From: Somniosus microcephalus
Taxonomy: Eukaryota
Length of the DNA: 64,000 bases
Direction: 5' to 3'
Assembly (NCBI GenBank): GCA_052327205.1
Contig: CM126224.1
Span: forward strand, 30,814,001-30,878,000
The position numbers and the translations under genes were made by a program. This document shows positions 27,001 to 40,192 of this stretch, in pieces; position 1 is the first letter of the stretch; each line of letters starts with the position of its first letter. The notes under the pieces are model-generated. The model searched no databases. It saw nothing but the letters and a program-made list of their open reading frames with translations, and had not been told where the DNA came from.

Positions 27001-30000
27001 CTGAGTTTTCATTGACCACTTCTACCACTTAATTTCTAAAAGCTAATATACCACTGCCAATATTTAATTTGGTGGCCCACATGTACACAAATTTAGGATC
27101 TTTCCACAGTAAAGTTTAAGACATTCTTTACACATATTTGGAAAAAAATACAAATCTTACCATCCAACACAGCAATATTTTGACTGTAGTTTGAACTTTC
27201 CAAGACAGTTTGTATTTTATGCACATGCATTAACAATTTAAGTAATTAATATTCAGTGATGATTGCATAATTAATCCAGATAGAGACACAGCATTTAATT
27301 GCCATTAAATAAGTAACCCTCAGTCCTTTTTCTTTTGTTCTGTCTTCATTTGTTTCCTTTTCTGTTTTTCTTTCTTTCCTATATAGTTTCTTTTCATTAA
27401 AAAAACAACCTTCTTCTTATATCTGCGGTTAGACTGAAATATGATTCCCTATCAGTCACTTTTACTTCTGTGTCTAAATAAAGCTGATGATCTATTAAGC
27501 TTGGGGACTTTGAGATTGAAGTCGTGCCTTTAGGCTTTTCCTCTCGAACGCCCCTTTACAAAAAGTGCCAACACAGCACTTACTACGAAGGGCAGAATGT
27601 CGTGTTGCAATTTCAATTTCTTCTCATTTAATTTGAATAATAAATAAAACCTATTTGTGGACTCGCACGTGATTACATAAAGGTAGCAAACTTTAAAGAT
27701 TTAAACAAATATAAGTATCTTGGCTGACTAAACAGAAAATGATCTGACACATGTAGAAGGGTAAAATGTTATGACTTGTCTTAGAATCCAACAAGACAAA
27801 ACTCCAGGCCCTGCTACCAGTAGCTGCATTCAATTGGACAAACAAAGCCCAATTGGACAGTGACCCTTCAGCCTCTCCACACTTGTAATTTGGGTGCAAT
27901 TGTCCTTTAAACCATCGGTAATTGCTTTGATTTTGTGATATCTGTTTTCATTGCAAGCAGGGCTTTTTCAGTTTAGGTGCTCTCAGCATATGCCTGCCAG
28001 CGACCAAGACAACACTATCCTTACACATGAGCAGGCCTTTATTCATTGTGTACTTTAACAAATTGCTAGCATTTATGTACCAACTTAGAAATATGTACTG
28101 CAGCTTTGTTTTGGCTAAAGGCAGAGACTTAAATGTAGTTTCTCTGCCAAACTGTCCAGAAAAAGAAGAAATACATTAAACAGAAACATAATTACCATCC
28201 TACAATAACATTTCTTCCCCTTGACCCAGATACTGGCATAGCACCTTCCAAAATGGGTGTATGTAGAGCTATAGTCAAGTGAATAGAAACATCATGTGAA
28301 TACACCACAATTTGAACCTATTAGATTCAGTTATTTTATTGCTTCTCTTTCCATCCCTCCCCCCAATTTACAAACCCTCCTCCCCCACCCCCCACAAGTG
28401 CTGACCCATGCTAGGTGTGGTCCAATAGGTTCCTGCAGTCCTCGAGTACCTCATCCAGTATCAACAGGTTATTTGACTGCAATGAGCATCACAGTTGGGG
28501 CCAATCCTGCTCTCAGTTGAATTTTCACTCACACACACTTCACAGTACAGGTCACTGGATAGTAAACAGAAGCATATTTGAATTTATTTTATAGCACCTC
28601 TGCCCCACCAGACATCAGCTAACTCAGCACAGCCTACGAAACAAATTTGGGCTCTTTCTGATCTAAATGGTGAAGTGCTACATCAGATAGATAGAACAAA
28701 TCTACAATTATATAGCAACTTACATGTCTCTCAGAAATGTCCCAAAATGCTATATGGACAGTGAATGCATTAAAGGGCAGCCGTTATTGTTATGTAAGTG
28801 AAGTGTAGATTGTGCATTCATTCAGGGAGTACTGCTTTCATTATTATACCTCTGGAAATATATCAGCATTTGACTATCTTTTTTTGGGGGGGAAAGAATT
28901 TCAGTGGACTGGCAAGTTTATAAACCATCAAATATTCTAAAGCTATAATGTTCAAAGGCTACTGCCCCATAAAGACGACATATGTTTGCTCTGTGCTTTG
29001 TTCTCGGTTGGTTCAGTTTCATTCAGCCTTACGTTCGTGTGGAATATTATTGCAGGAAGCAATATGCGATGGGAAACATAATAGTTTCTCACAAACTAAA
29101 AAAAGGAAATCAGTCTTTAAAGGGTAATAGAAGCCAGAACTTGTTATTGTTGCAATTTTTCCTATCAATCAAAACAAATAGGAATTCAAGTTATTTTCAA
29201 AAATCAACATTTGTAACAATGGAGAGTATTTTTAGAAATTTGCTAAAACGATTATAGTGAGCATATCCTTAGCTTACAGACTAGAGTTTATTTCTTTTAA
29301 GGTAAGGACACATTTATTTAACTGCCAATAGTGCAGATTTATAGTCAGAAAAGTGATAAACCAGGCTTCCTTTTAAACTGCCAAAGTACATCTGCAAGAA
29401 CTGTATTAAAGCAGTAAATCCCAGATGATGAATATACTCTCTATTAAGTACTCGTTCAGGAACAAAGTTTAATTACATTTTTCCACTGTATTCTCAAATA
29501 CTGTTTACCATTATCAAATATATTTGATGAAGTCAGCACTTACATATACGGGGAGTGGGGGGCAGGGGGAAGTTTGATACAAAAATTCTGCTTGTGCACC
29601 AATTATGTGTCACTCAGTAGGCAGCACAGAAGGTTTGTGGATTCAACTCCCACTTCAGAGACTTGAGCACAAAAATCTAGGCTGACACTTCAATGCAGCA
29701 CTGAGGGAAAGCTACACTGTCGGAGGTGCTGTCTTTCAGATGAGACGTTAAATTGAGGTGCCCCGTCTGCCCTCTCAGACACAAAAGATTCCATGGCACT
29801 ATTTCAAAGTAGAGCAGGGGACTTCCCTCTGGTGTCCTGGTCAATATTTATTCCTCAACCAACATCATTAAAAAACAGGTTATCTGGTCATTACCTTATT
29901 GCTGTTTGTGGGACCTTGCTTTGTGCAAATTAACTGCTGTGTTTCCTACCTTACAATACTGACCACACTTCAAAAGTACATCATTGGCTGCAAAGCGCGT

Positions 30001-33000
30001 TGGGATGTCCTGAGATCACAAAATGCGCTGTATAAATGCAAGTCTTTCTTTTTCTTTCATTTATCCGCTTAATATACATAATATCAGATTGACTCAGATT
30101 GTGTTCATTAGAACATTAGATAATATCTTTTGTAGAATATCTTTAATCTGTTTCAGATGACACTACATAAACCCTTAAAATTATTTTATATTAACCAATC
30201 AATAAAATGCAGTAAATGCTAATTCCTTGCAGATGCTAGTTCCTTTGGCAGTTGTGCATTCTGAGGTTGTACTTTAACTGTAGTTGCCAACATTTTCTTG
30301 GAACTTGCTAAAAATTCACATTGGCACCACGTGCAGGAGAATGCACCTCGCTGATGGGGCAAATGTTGCAGGGAAAGCTTCCAGCACAAAGCTGGAACCC
30401 GCAGCCACTGCACTGAGATATGCAGCTGTGATGCAGTAACCCTGGCACAACAGACATTGCAAACAGGTGTGTTAAAAGGTATGGAAAAGCTTTGTTGTTG
30501 TGGATATATCTCTTGACCAGCTCCTCCCTGTTGGTGTCTATTGAAATTATTTTCCATAAATTCAGTATTTTAAAATGTGAATTCATAACAGCCCGCTCAC
30601 AAAGTTTTGCTCCAGTGAAATCACGAACAGTAGGTGCTGCCCACAGCCCCACCACCCTCACTCACTTCGTCATGAAGTGAACTTCATGGCGTCAATCAGA
30701 GCCAATTCTACACAAAATATCTACACCAGGCTGCCTCAAGCAAGGAATTATAAACCATTATATAGATCAACAAAGGTTATCTGAGAGTCATTGATAAATA
30801 TTTAAATGCATTCCTTTTATATTTGTTAGCTGACAATCCCATTGAACACACTTTCCTTTCAATAAGTTTAATTGTGAAAATCTAAAATAATTGTGAAAAT
30901 CTAAATTTAATTGTGAAAGAATTTTAACAGTTTGAATGAGTTTATATTTTTTTCTAAGTTGAGCATCAGTCAGTGCAATAGGAAAAAACTTTCAAATAAA
31001 GAGAATGAAAGACATTTAAACTCCAAGACTCAAATTTCAATCCAATAGGAATATCCTAAGGCTTTTAGATTCACAGCTAAAATGTCTTTAGTTTCTGAAC
31101 CTTCAGTCACATGCATTTTAATCTTGTTCTTTATAATTAAATCTTGAGATTACAGCCAGTCCTGTTAATTTACTTCATAAAATCATTGATAACTGATAGA
31201 TTTACTGTGGACCAGCATAACACAGCATTAAGGACAGCCTGTACTAATATACAAAAATAATTAAATAGAATATTGCCAAATTGACACAAGTCAAATTATG
31301 AAAATGTAGTTTAGAGTTATCAATACTTATATATAATTAGGCTGATTGAGTATCTTTACTGAATGACACTGCATCATCATATAAAGTACTGCTAGCTATC
31401 CCAGATAATTAATATAGGCTCGTCCCCTCTTCAGTGGAGATGTAACATACACATTGATAAAAGCCTATTGCAGTAGCATTCGATTATTACTGATTTGTGG
31501 ATCACTATTACTTCTCTCTTCCAGTCTAGTTTTGAATACTCAGACATTTTCAAACTTTGTTTAATTTATCTATTTCAATGAATTCCTTACACATGAAGCA
31601 TTCTGCTACCCAAACTATGTTTTTTTTTAATAGAAAAACTAAGTTTGAGGAGTGGCTAGTATTTTGATCATATTATTTCAATATGCTGTGATTTTCTGTT
31701 GGGTTATTGTATTATCATTTTAGAATTTTGCCAACTCAAATTGCAAATGAATTTTCTTGTGTCCCAAATGGTTGCTGCAATAAATATTTATTACTTAAAA
31801 ATATTCTGTCTAAACTCACAAAGTAAAATTTATGCAAGAGTGTAATGTAGTTTATATTTTAAAATATTTGCATTGCAGTTCAAACTATACCAGAACTTAG
31901 GCTACAGAATAGTTTAATATTTTGAAGGACCTTTGTGTCCTATTATCTGTTGCCAGTCACGGGGAGATAGATCCAGTGCTCTGTTTGAGCAGATGTATGT
32001 TATTTCATTTTTAAGTTTGCAAAATGATTTTTATTGACTTTTTAAATTAAGAAAATTGATATGGATTGTCACTGTTCTGTCATGACATCAGTATTAAGGA
32101 AATATGATATTTATTTCCATAATTCTGGTGTTACTTGAATGTTTAAAAAAAATCTTATCTTGGCTGCAGTTTTCAGACTATAATTGGTCAAATATTGTTT
32201 TGTGGGCATTTGGCTGCAGTTAGTATAATACATTCACCAGTCACTTGTGAAACTTGAACTCGGTCAGCAAAGAGAACTACGTCTGAAGCCAAGCAGGTAC
32301 CAACTTTGGCTGCAACACCAACTATGCGGCAACTTCAGAGCCAACTGCTTGGCTTCAGTTTATGTTCCTGTGTGTGACCTGCCCTTTCACAAAACTTTGA
32401 TTGATGTCTCAGTTTACATCCAAGTAACTATTTAGACCTGTGTTTTTAAAGTTGCTGTTGTGGTAAAAAGCCTAAGTTAGACTGCCATGAGTTGTTCCCC
32501 ATTGTGTATAGGACATAAAAATGTGTGATTTATACATTAGATTTTACATTTTCTATTAATTGGGTAATCCAGGTGAAGGCCATGGGTCCAGGAAACGACC
32601 AAAATTGAAAAGAATAGATTAGAAGGTGATGTCAATCAGGAAGTAGTGTATATGGAACCCCAAATGTAGGTTGTAAAAGGCTGAAGATCATGAGAGGTAG
32701 GAAAGACTGGGGAAGGTAAATACTTCAACAAGCTGGAGCGGCTGAAAAAGAATGAGTTAGACTATGTAGATATGACACCTGAGATAATGGTGCCATGTTG
32801 AAGAATATCTTTGCTTGTTCTAACCGTATTTTGGATAACACAATAGCGATAGACTGACAGAATGACTTCAATACATAATTTAGAAGCATATTAGTATGGA
32901 GAACAGCAACACATTCTATGGAATTCCTCACAGATGTTGTAGCAGCAATGGATTCCTGAACTGTAGATCACTTTAAAGTGTTAAGAGAACAAGTTATGAG

Positions 33001-36000
33001 CATTCAGGCCTTCTGTGATCAACGTATGGCCTCCAAACACTATACAGTGCAATAATATTTTCCAAACACATCCGTTCCATTTTTAACATGAGGCAGAGGA
33101 ACATAATTAACTGACTTCACATAAACAATAACCAGCAGTATTTCCCTTATGATGTGAAGTGCTTGCATCTATGTGATAGGAATTTGAGTGCTCATGGCAA
33201 GGTCACCCCACATGGAGAACATGGTTTGTTAGCTGGAACTTCAGTGTAAGTGTGAACATCATCTGTAACATGGAAATACTTTGTCAATGGGACCAAGAGC
33301 ACTGAGTATTATAAAATTTTATTGGGACAGAGTGCCACGGATCATTACTTTTATTGTGCATTATTATTTTTGTCTTGCAATGAAAAAGCGTGCCCCTTTT
33401 TCCACCCTTACTTTTATTTCAGAATTAGATAATTACATCCATTCACATATGTTTTGATGTCCTCATAAAATTCTGGTGCAAAGTGCTTTTGGAGAATAAA
33501 TTGATGCTTTTGGCTGGCTGTGGGGTGATGCACATACTGAAGGCAGTGCATTTTTAAGCGTCAAGGCAATTTTGCCATGACCTGGGGTGTGTAACTTTTA
33601 ATCATTGCTTCAGAAACATCTTATAAAAGTCATACTGCTCATTTCTCCAGTAGTTTAAACATGTGTTTTTATTTTTTTTACATCAAAACTCTGAGAATGG
33701 CTACTTGGGCATAAAAGGAGCAATCCTCACATCATAGGAGCAGCGTTGTGATTTCTATATCACTGTATCTGACAAAATGTAAGGACCCTCTATACAGTAA
33801 CAAAGGCTAATCATCTAAACCTGTTCATAAACTGCACGGCCACAATATTTAAAGTGGAATTTGCAAGTTTAAATTTTAAGAAAAAATAACAAATACACAC
33901 AGTATTTTTTTATTTTCTGCACTATTTTTTTATTTTCTTAAAAGTTGGTTTGCATTTTGCCTTAAATGAAACAAGCCTGCCCACTGATATAATGCAATAA
34001 AATATATTCTTGTATGTGTATGAAATTAAGACTTCAAGAAAATAATTGAAACTATTAGGCTGTGAAATCTAGCTAAGCATGTGTAAATTATTTGTAGAAA
34101 TTGTTGTGAGAATGGTGAGCTAACTTTGGGCTCCCATACTGGGAAACACAGCTGCTGATTCTTAAGTGAAAGCCCAGTTTAATCAGGAGGAGAAATGAGA
34201 TTGGCAGTAGTATTAGAGATTGTTTTTCACATTTATGAACAAGGCTAACTATAAATAGGTGAAAGTAATAAAATGAAAAGTTTTATCTGTCAGTTGTAGT
34301 CCTGATTTAACCTACATTAAAGCATATTGTCATCTAAAATGATTTTGTATTCTCTGCATATGTAAGCTTGTGCAGGTCAACAACACTGCCGATGCAACAC
34401 TCCATATAGTTCATATACCAAACATCTGGAGCACAATCCAACCACTTGACTAGGTTAACTTCCAAAGTTCTAGTGATACAACCCAAACCCATGGGGTACT
34501 GACACAGCAGACAAGCACAGCAGTGCAAACTAACGCCAACACCACTTCCTGGAATCAGTTTCCAGAGTCATCCACAACCCAAAGCTCACTCACTACCACA
34601 ATGTACCATGTATTCTAATATACCATGTTGTGAACAAAGAACAATTTATTTAAAAGTCAAATTAAATATTGCAAATAAGGAATAGAAAATCTATGGAGCA
34701 AAGTACCTCCTCAAAGATGCCCAACTTTAAACAAAAATACTGCCCAACTATGCTCATTTTAAAGCATTTCTAAAATGTCATCAGTGTTACTATTCAGACC
34801 TACTTTCCAGAGCACCATTGACATTGGGCTCATTAGTGCTTTACTTAAGCATAAATAAACAAAGATCAGAGGAATTACTTGAGTGAGGATTCATCTCACT
34901 TTTAATTGGGGTATAGCGTATATGCTCAATGCCAAGCACTGAAAGACAGAAGAACACTGATTACAATGAAGTAAAAGTGGAGTGTGATGTGCTAGGGCTG
35001 GATTCTAAGACTAGATCAAATGATGAAGCAACAGAAATGTTCCTGATGGGATAATCTCTGTGACAAGGTTACAGTTTGAATGAGTTTCATCAAACAAAAA
35101 CCCTGTCAGGTAGGCTGCATGATGCAGTTAGACCTTGGCCTCTCAGTTCTGGGAGCTGTGTTCAAATGCAAGCCAGACAGATAGGGGTGAATGTGACGTC
35201 ACCTCTGTTTGTTGGCTTTAGGGGTCCTACATGAAATTAATTTGGGTTATCTCAAATTGCTTATCTCAAATCAAAAATACTAGATTGATTCCTGGGATGA
35301 GAGGGTTGTCCTGTGAGGAGAGATTGAGTAGATTGGGCCTATACTCTTTGGAGTTCAGAAGAATGAGAGGTGATCTCATTGAAATGTATAAGATTTTGAG
35401 GGGGATTGACAGGATAAATGCTGAGAGATTGTTTCCCCTAGCTGGAGAGTCTAGAACTAGGGGGCATAGTCTCAGGATAAGGGGCTGGCCTTTTAAGACT
35501 GAGATGAAGAGGAAATTCTTCACTCAGAGGGTTGTGAATCTTTGGAATTCTGTGCCCCAAAGTGCTGTGGATGCTCAGTCATTGAGCATATTCAAGGCTG
35601 AGATATAGATTTTTGGACTCCAGAGGAATTAAGGGACATGGGGATCGGGCGGGAGAGTGGAGTTGAGGTGGATGATCAGCCATGATCTGATTGAATGGCG
35701 GAGCAGGCTCAAGGGGCCGTATGGCCTACTCCTACTCCTAATTCTTATGTTCTTAATTCTAATGTAAATCAGTTCCACGGCACAAAGTTGGCTGGTGATA
35801 GAATTGGGGAAGCTCTTCCGAAACAGTGGTTCATGTAGTGGGGAGGGAGCTTTACTCTGCATCTAAACATGCTAAACCTTACCTGGAAGCACCTGATGCC
35901 AATATGGGTCATCAGTACTGATAGCATTCACTTAAAGATCACAAAAGTCCAGAAAAATAGATCTAAATATATGCCCTGTGAGCGGTTACTTTAGCACTGT

Positions 36001-39000
36001 TCTTTATTCGATAGGCTCTGCTGTGATTGTCACAGTCCCTGAAAGACATTGTTTACAACACTGAAAAAAAAGTCACCTAATGATTTATACCCATTAAATT
36101 GACACAATTTTGTTATTTAATTAATTAATTTAGATATCTCACCAGTCTTTCCCACTCCCCTCATTTTCTTTTCTCAAGGCTGGCTTGCTGAGGTACAGTT
36201 TCAGGGATGTTGGTCTTCGTCCTGTTCTTTGCCCAAATAGTCATTACTTATGTGTGAATTTGAGATCACAACCAGCCCCGTTTCTGATCTTCCTTAGGAC
36301 CTTTCTGGCCTGTACAGCTCAACGATGGTGTCTTTATCTCCAAGCCACAGGGGAAACTTGTAACCATTCAGGCAATTCTCATAAAACAGAATAACACAGT
36401 GAGCGACTGTGTGTTATTAAAAGTCAGCGTGTGATATTATAAACGGGGCTCTCTAAGCAGCTCACAGATGATAAAGTCGTAACATCACGTGTTTACCATA
36501 TTTATAGCACCTTTTTTTCAACCAACAAAAAAACTATTTTAATTTTACTAAGTTTGTGAAGCCCTAGAAGATCATTTGGAGCTGCTTAATGATGGAATTT
36601 TACCATCCCAATAACATACCTATAGAGATAGGATTTACATTCCAAATATAAGTCATCCATAAGTTATCAGCTTAGCCGCACTTGAAAATATATTTTTATT
36701 CAAGACTTGCTTTAAGCCGAGACGTTAGATATTCGACATCACGACGCATCACAGCATGCATTCCTTCCAGTTTAATCACTGGTTAGCCATCGAGAGGAGG
36801 GGGGCTTAGCACTTTTTATTACATTAACCCAGGAGCAAGGAGTTCAACTATAATGTCCTGGTGTCCTAGATAGTTGAGCCTTAGACTGCCTTCTGTTTCT
36901 CCACAGATGCTGCCTATTCTGCTGAATATTTTAACGACAACAACAACTTATATTTATATTTGCTGGGTTTTTTTCTGTTTCTGTTTTCAGCTGAAGGTGT
37001 TTTGTGATCTTGTCCCGTCAGGGTGAGGTCACGCCAGCAGAAATCTATCCCCGCTGGTATTTCACCATTCTAAAGAAAGGCTGCACCTCACCTCGCCTGT
37101 AAAAAGGACATTCAATGGACTCCCAACATGCTTGTACTGTGAACAGGCCAGTATTTATAGGTACAAGCAAACTTATAGCTCTCAGAAAGATGGGGTTAGT
37201 ATGAACTGAGATTATGTGGCACCGAGTGATGTGATGATATCACGTGAAATCATTAATTGTGTAATTGCAGTATCTATGTTATTGGGTAGTTTAGTTCTTA
37301 GGTGGCGGCGTGGTTGCTAAGGGAATGTTTATGGTCTGTTGCTGGAGGTCCTGGAGCACGCGGACGAAGGTCTGCTTGTGTTTAAACATGCAACGCTTTC
37401 CGCGATGCCCAGAAAAGGAGTGGAAATAGTATCATTAAAAATATTCATAATATAATGAGATGACAGGCAGCTCCTGATATAAGCATTGTTTTAATGAATA
37501 GGAATGAGTTTTATTACTCAGATAAGAGTGGCAAGAATGTGCCAATCACGTTCAATGTTCTATTTATACCACAACACAGTGAAATACTGAATAACACCCT
37601 AGCACTTGTTATGGGGTGCCACTGTTTGCTAACATCACGGTGCTTTGCAGTATAATGTGATTTGGCTAACCTGTTGCTCCAAGGTGAAGTTTGTCTTTTT
37701 TAAATAAAAGCGGAATTTGCTTGTATTGTATGAACTGACACGCAGCTGGGAGGGTTTACTACAGCCTTGGGTTAATGGTTATGGGGAGCGGGCAAGGAAG
37801 TGGCTTTGAGCCCAAGATCAGCCATGATCTTATTGAATGGCGAAGCAGGCTGGAGGGGCCAAGTGGCCTATTCCTGCACCTATTTCTTATGTTCTTGGGG
37901 GTTCAGATGACAGATATAGCCACTGTTGCTCTTGTGTTTTATGGCACTTATACGAAGCGCTTGATTATCTCTCCTCCTTATCTGTTCGACATTGAAACCC
38001 GAAACACTAGTACACGGAGTGTGAGCGTGCTTCGCGGGTGAATATATATGTCCAGTATAACACCGGCGGTGCTGATGACTTGCGTTAGTGGCAGTCCGGC
38101 GGCACTCCGCACATTAATGCTTTAACACACATCTGCTCTCTCGTCTATTCTCGATATTCACCAGAAAGTCCACACGGACAGAATCTCTGGACACAAGCAC
38201 TCCCATTCTGCCTGCAAATTCACACGCACAAGAACAACCAGCATTCCGCCATAAATTTAGGCAGATAATTACAAAGCCTGCACTGGGACACTCCCCTCTC
38301 GTTTATTAAAGCTAATTGTCTCTTTCTTTACTATTTTATAGAGCTAAAAGTAAAAAAAACACACGAAGCACTTGCATTTTTGGATACAGATTCAATAGTA
38401 GCCTTCAAAAGGGAATTGGATAACTACCTGAAGGAGGAAAACAATGTAGGGATCTGGGGAAAGAGCTGGCGCAGACTCGATGGGTCGAATGGCTTCCTTC
38501 TGTGCTGCACTGTTCTATGGTTCTATAAAGCGCCTTTCGCGACCTTAGGACGTCCCAACGCGCTTTACCGCCTATGAAGTACTTTTTGAAGTGTAGTCAC
38601 TCTAGCAATTTAAACTATAAACACACAGTTTTTTTCTTAACTTATATTCAGCAGCAACAACAACAACAACAACTTGTATTTATATAGCGCCTTTATGTAG
38701 TAAAACGTCCCAAGGTACTTCACAGGAGGTTATAAGACAAAAACGATTCATGCAATTGTCGCCATTGTCTTTGACTAACAATTATTTCAATCCTAATTCA
38801 GTTACTTTGTTCACTGCTGGTTATGTTTTCTCAATGAGCTGACTGGTTATTTTAATTTCAATGCATCAAACGGGTAAGTGATTGGTTTGTAAAAGGGTGG
38901 TGCCGTGTTAAAGACATCCCATCCACAATATGCATGAAATATAGCTGCACTGCACTCACTATCGCAATCACATGTCGGGGTCATCACGGTCCCAACTCTG

Positions 39001-40151
39001 TAATATTTAACATGTCTCATTGCACAGCCTGTGCTGCCCTGCACAGATCCTCACATCGCCCGCTGAAGCTCAATCCCATACATTTACTTTGGACAGCCGG
39101 GGCTTTAAATCGTGGCGTGGTGAGAACTCAGTGCAATGGCGTAACGCAACGTGGAGTAGCACTGTATAGTACACCCCCCCCCCTTTTTAATAAATCAGCT
39201 AGACTCGCCTCTTTGTATGATTTACTAAATCCAGTATTTTTTTTTAAATGAACACACCAACAGCTAACAACATGACCAGTGCGCTCCCTTCTCCCCACCT
39301 TCAGTATTATAGAAAATAGGGAAACAGTCCAAATTAACTTAGATGGAAAATATTCATATTTCTCCACAGCAAAGGTTACTCAGACACGGTTATTCACGCG
39401 CCCAGATGCTAAATGTGGTGCACAAATTCATTACCACTCCCCTCGGCCATTTATTACATTGCTTTCAATTATTCCCCGCGTTAGATTCTCCTGCAAACAC
39501 CGATTGGATGGCGAGCATGTCAAAATGTCAACACCTATACTGGTGGCATTTGTTCTGCGCAAACGACCTCTATAAGGAGCGGGAAGGTTCATAAGGTGCG
39601 AGTTTATTCCTACTCTGTCCCCATACACACTCACACAGTTGATTTGTGAAAAAAAAACATTCGGTTCAATAAGAATCCTGATTACAAAGTGATTCCAATA
39701 TGTAGCTTTATTTGTGCCTATTACAAATATATATGAATTATATGTTGTTAAATCCCTATTTTAACTTATTTACTGATATGATAAATTATTCTTGCTTAAA
39801 AGTTAGCTACTTCATTCTGCTTTGCAGGCCCAATTTCTGAATAACTGATTGGAAGAATCCGTTATTGGCCAATGTTTGATAAAAAACATTAAATTGCTTA
39901 ACTTGACAGCAGGTTATTGCAAAGTGCAATAAACGTGTAATCGGTTTCCAAACCGAACAGTGTCCTTTTAAAATTCTACCAAAACCCAACGCTCCAAGGT
40001 CTGAAATCCTAAATCTGCACCTTAAATGTTACTGATTCTTTTGTGAATATGAGCAATTCATCTTTAACAGATCAAACAAATGGAATGCGTGAGATTTAAC
40101 TCGTCAGTCGAACAGACTACAGGAAGTAGATGAAGTGACATAAATTTGATG

Positions 40152-40192
<41 letters not shown>

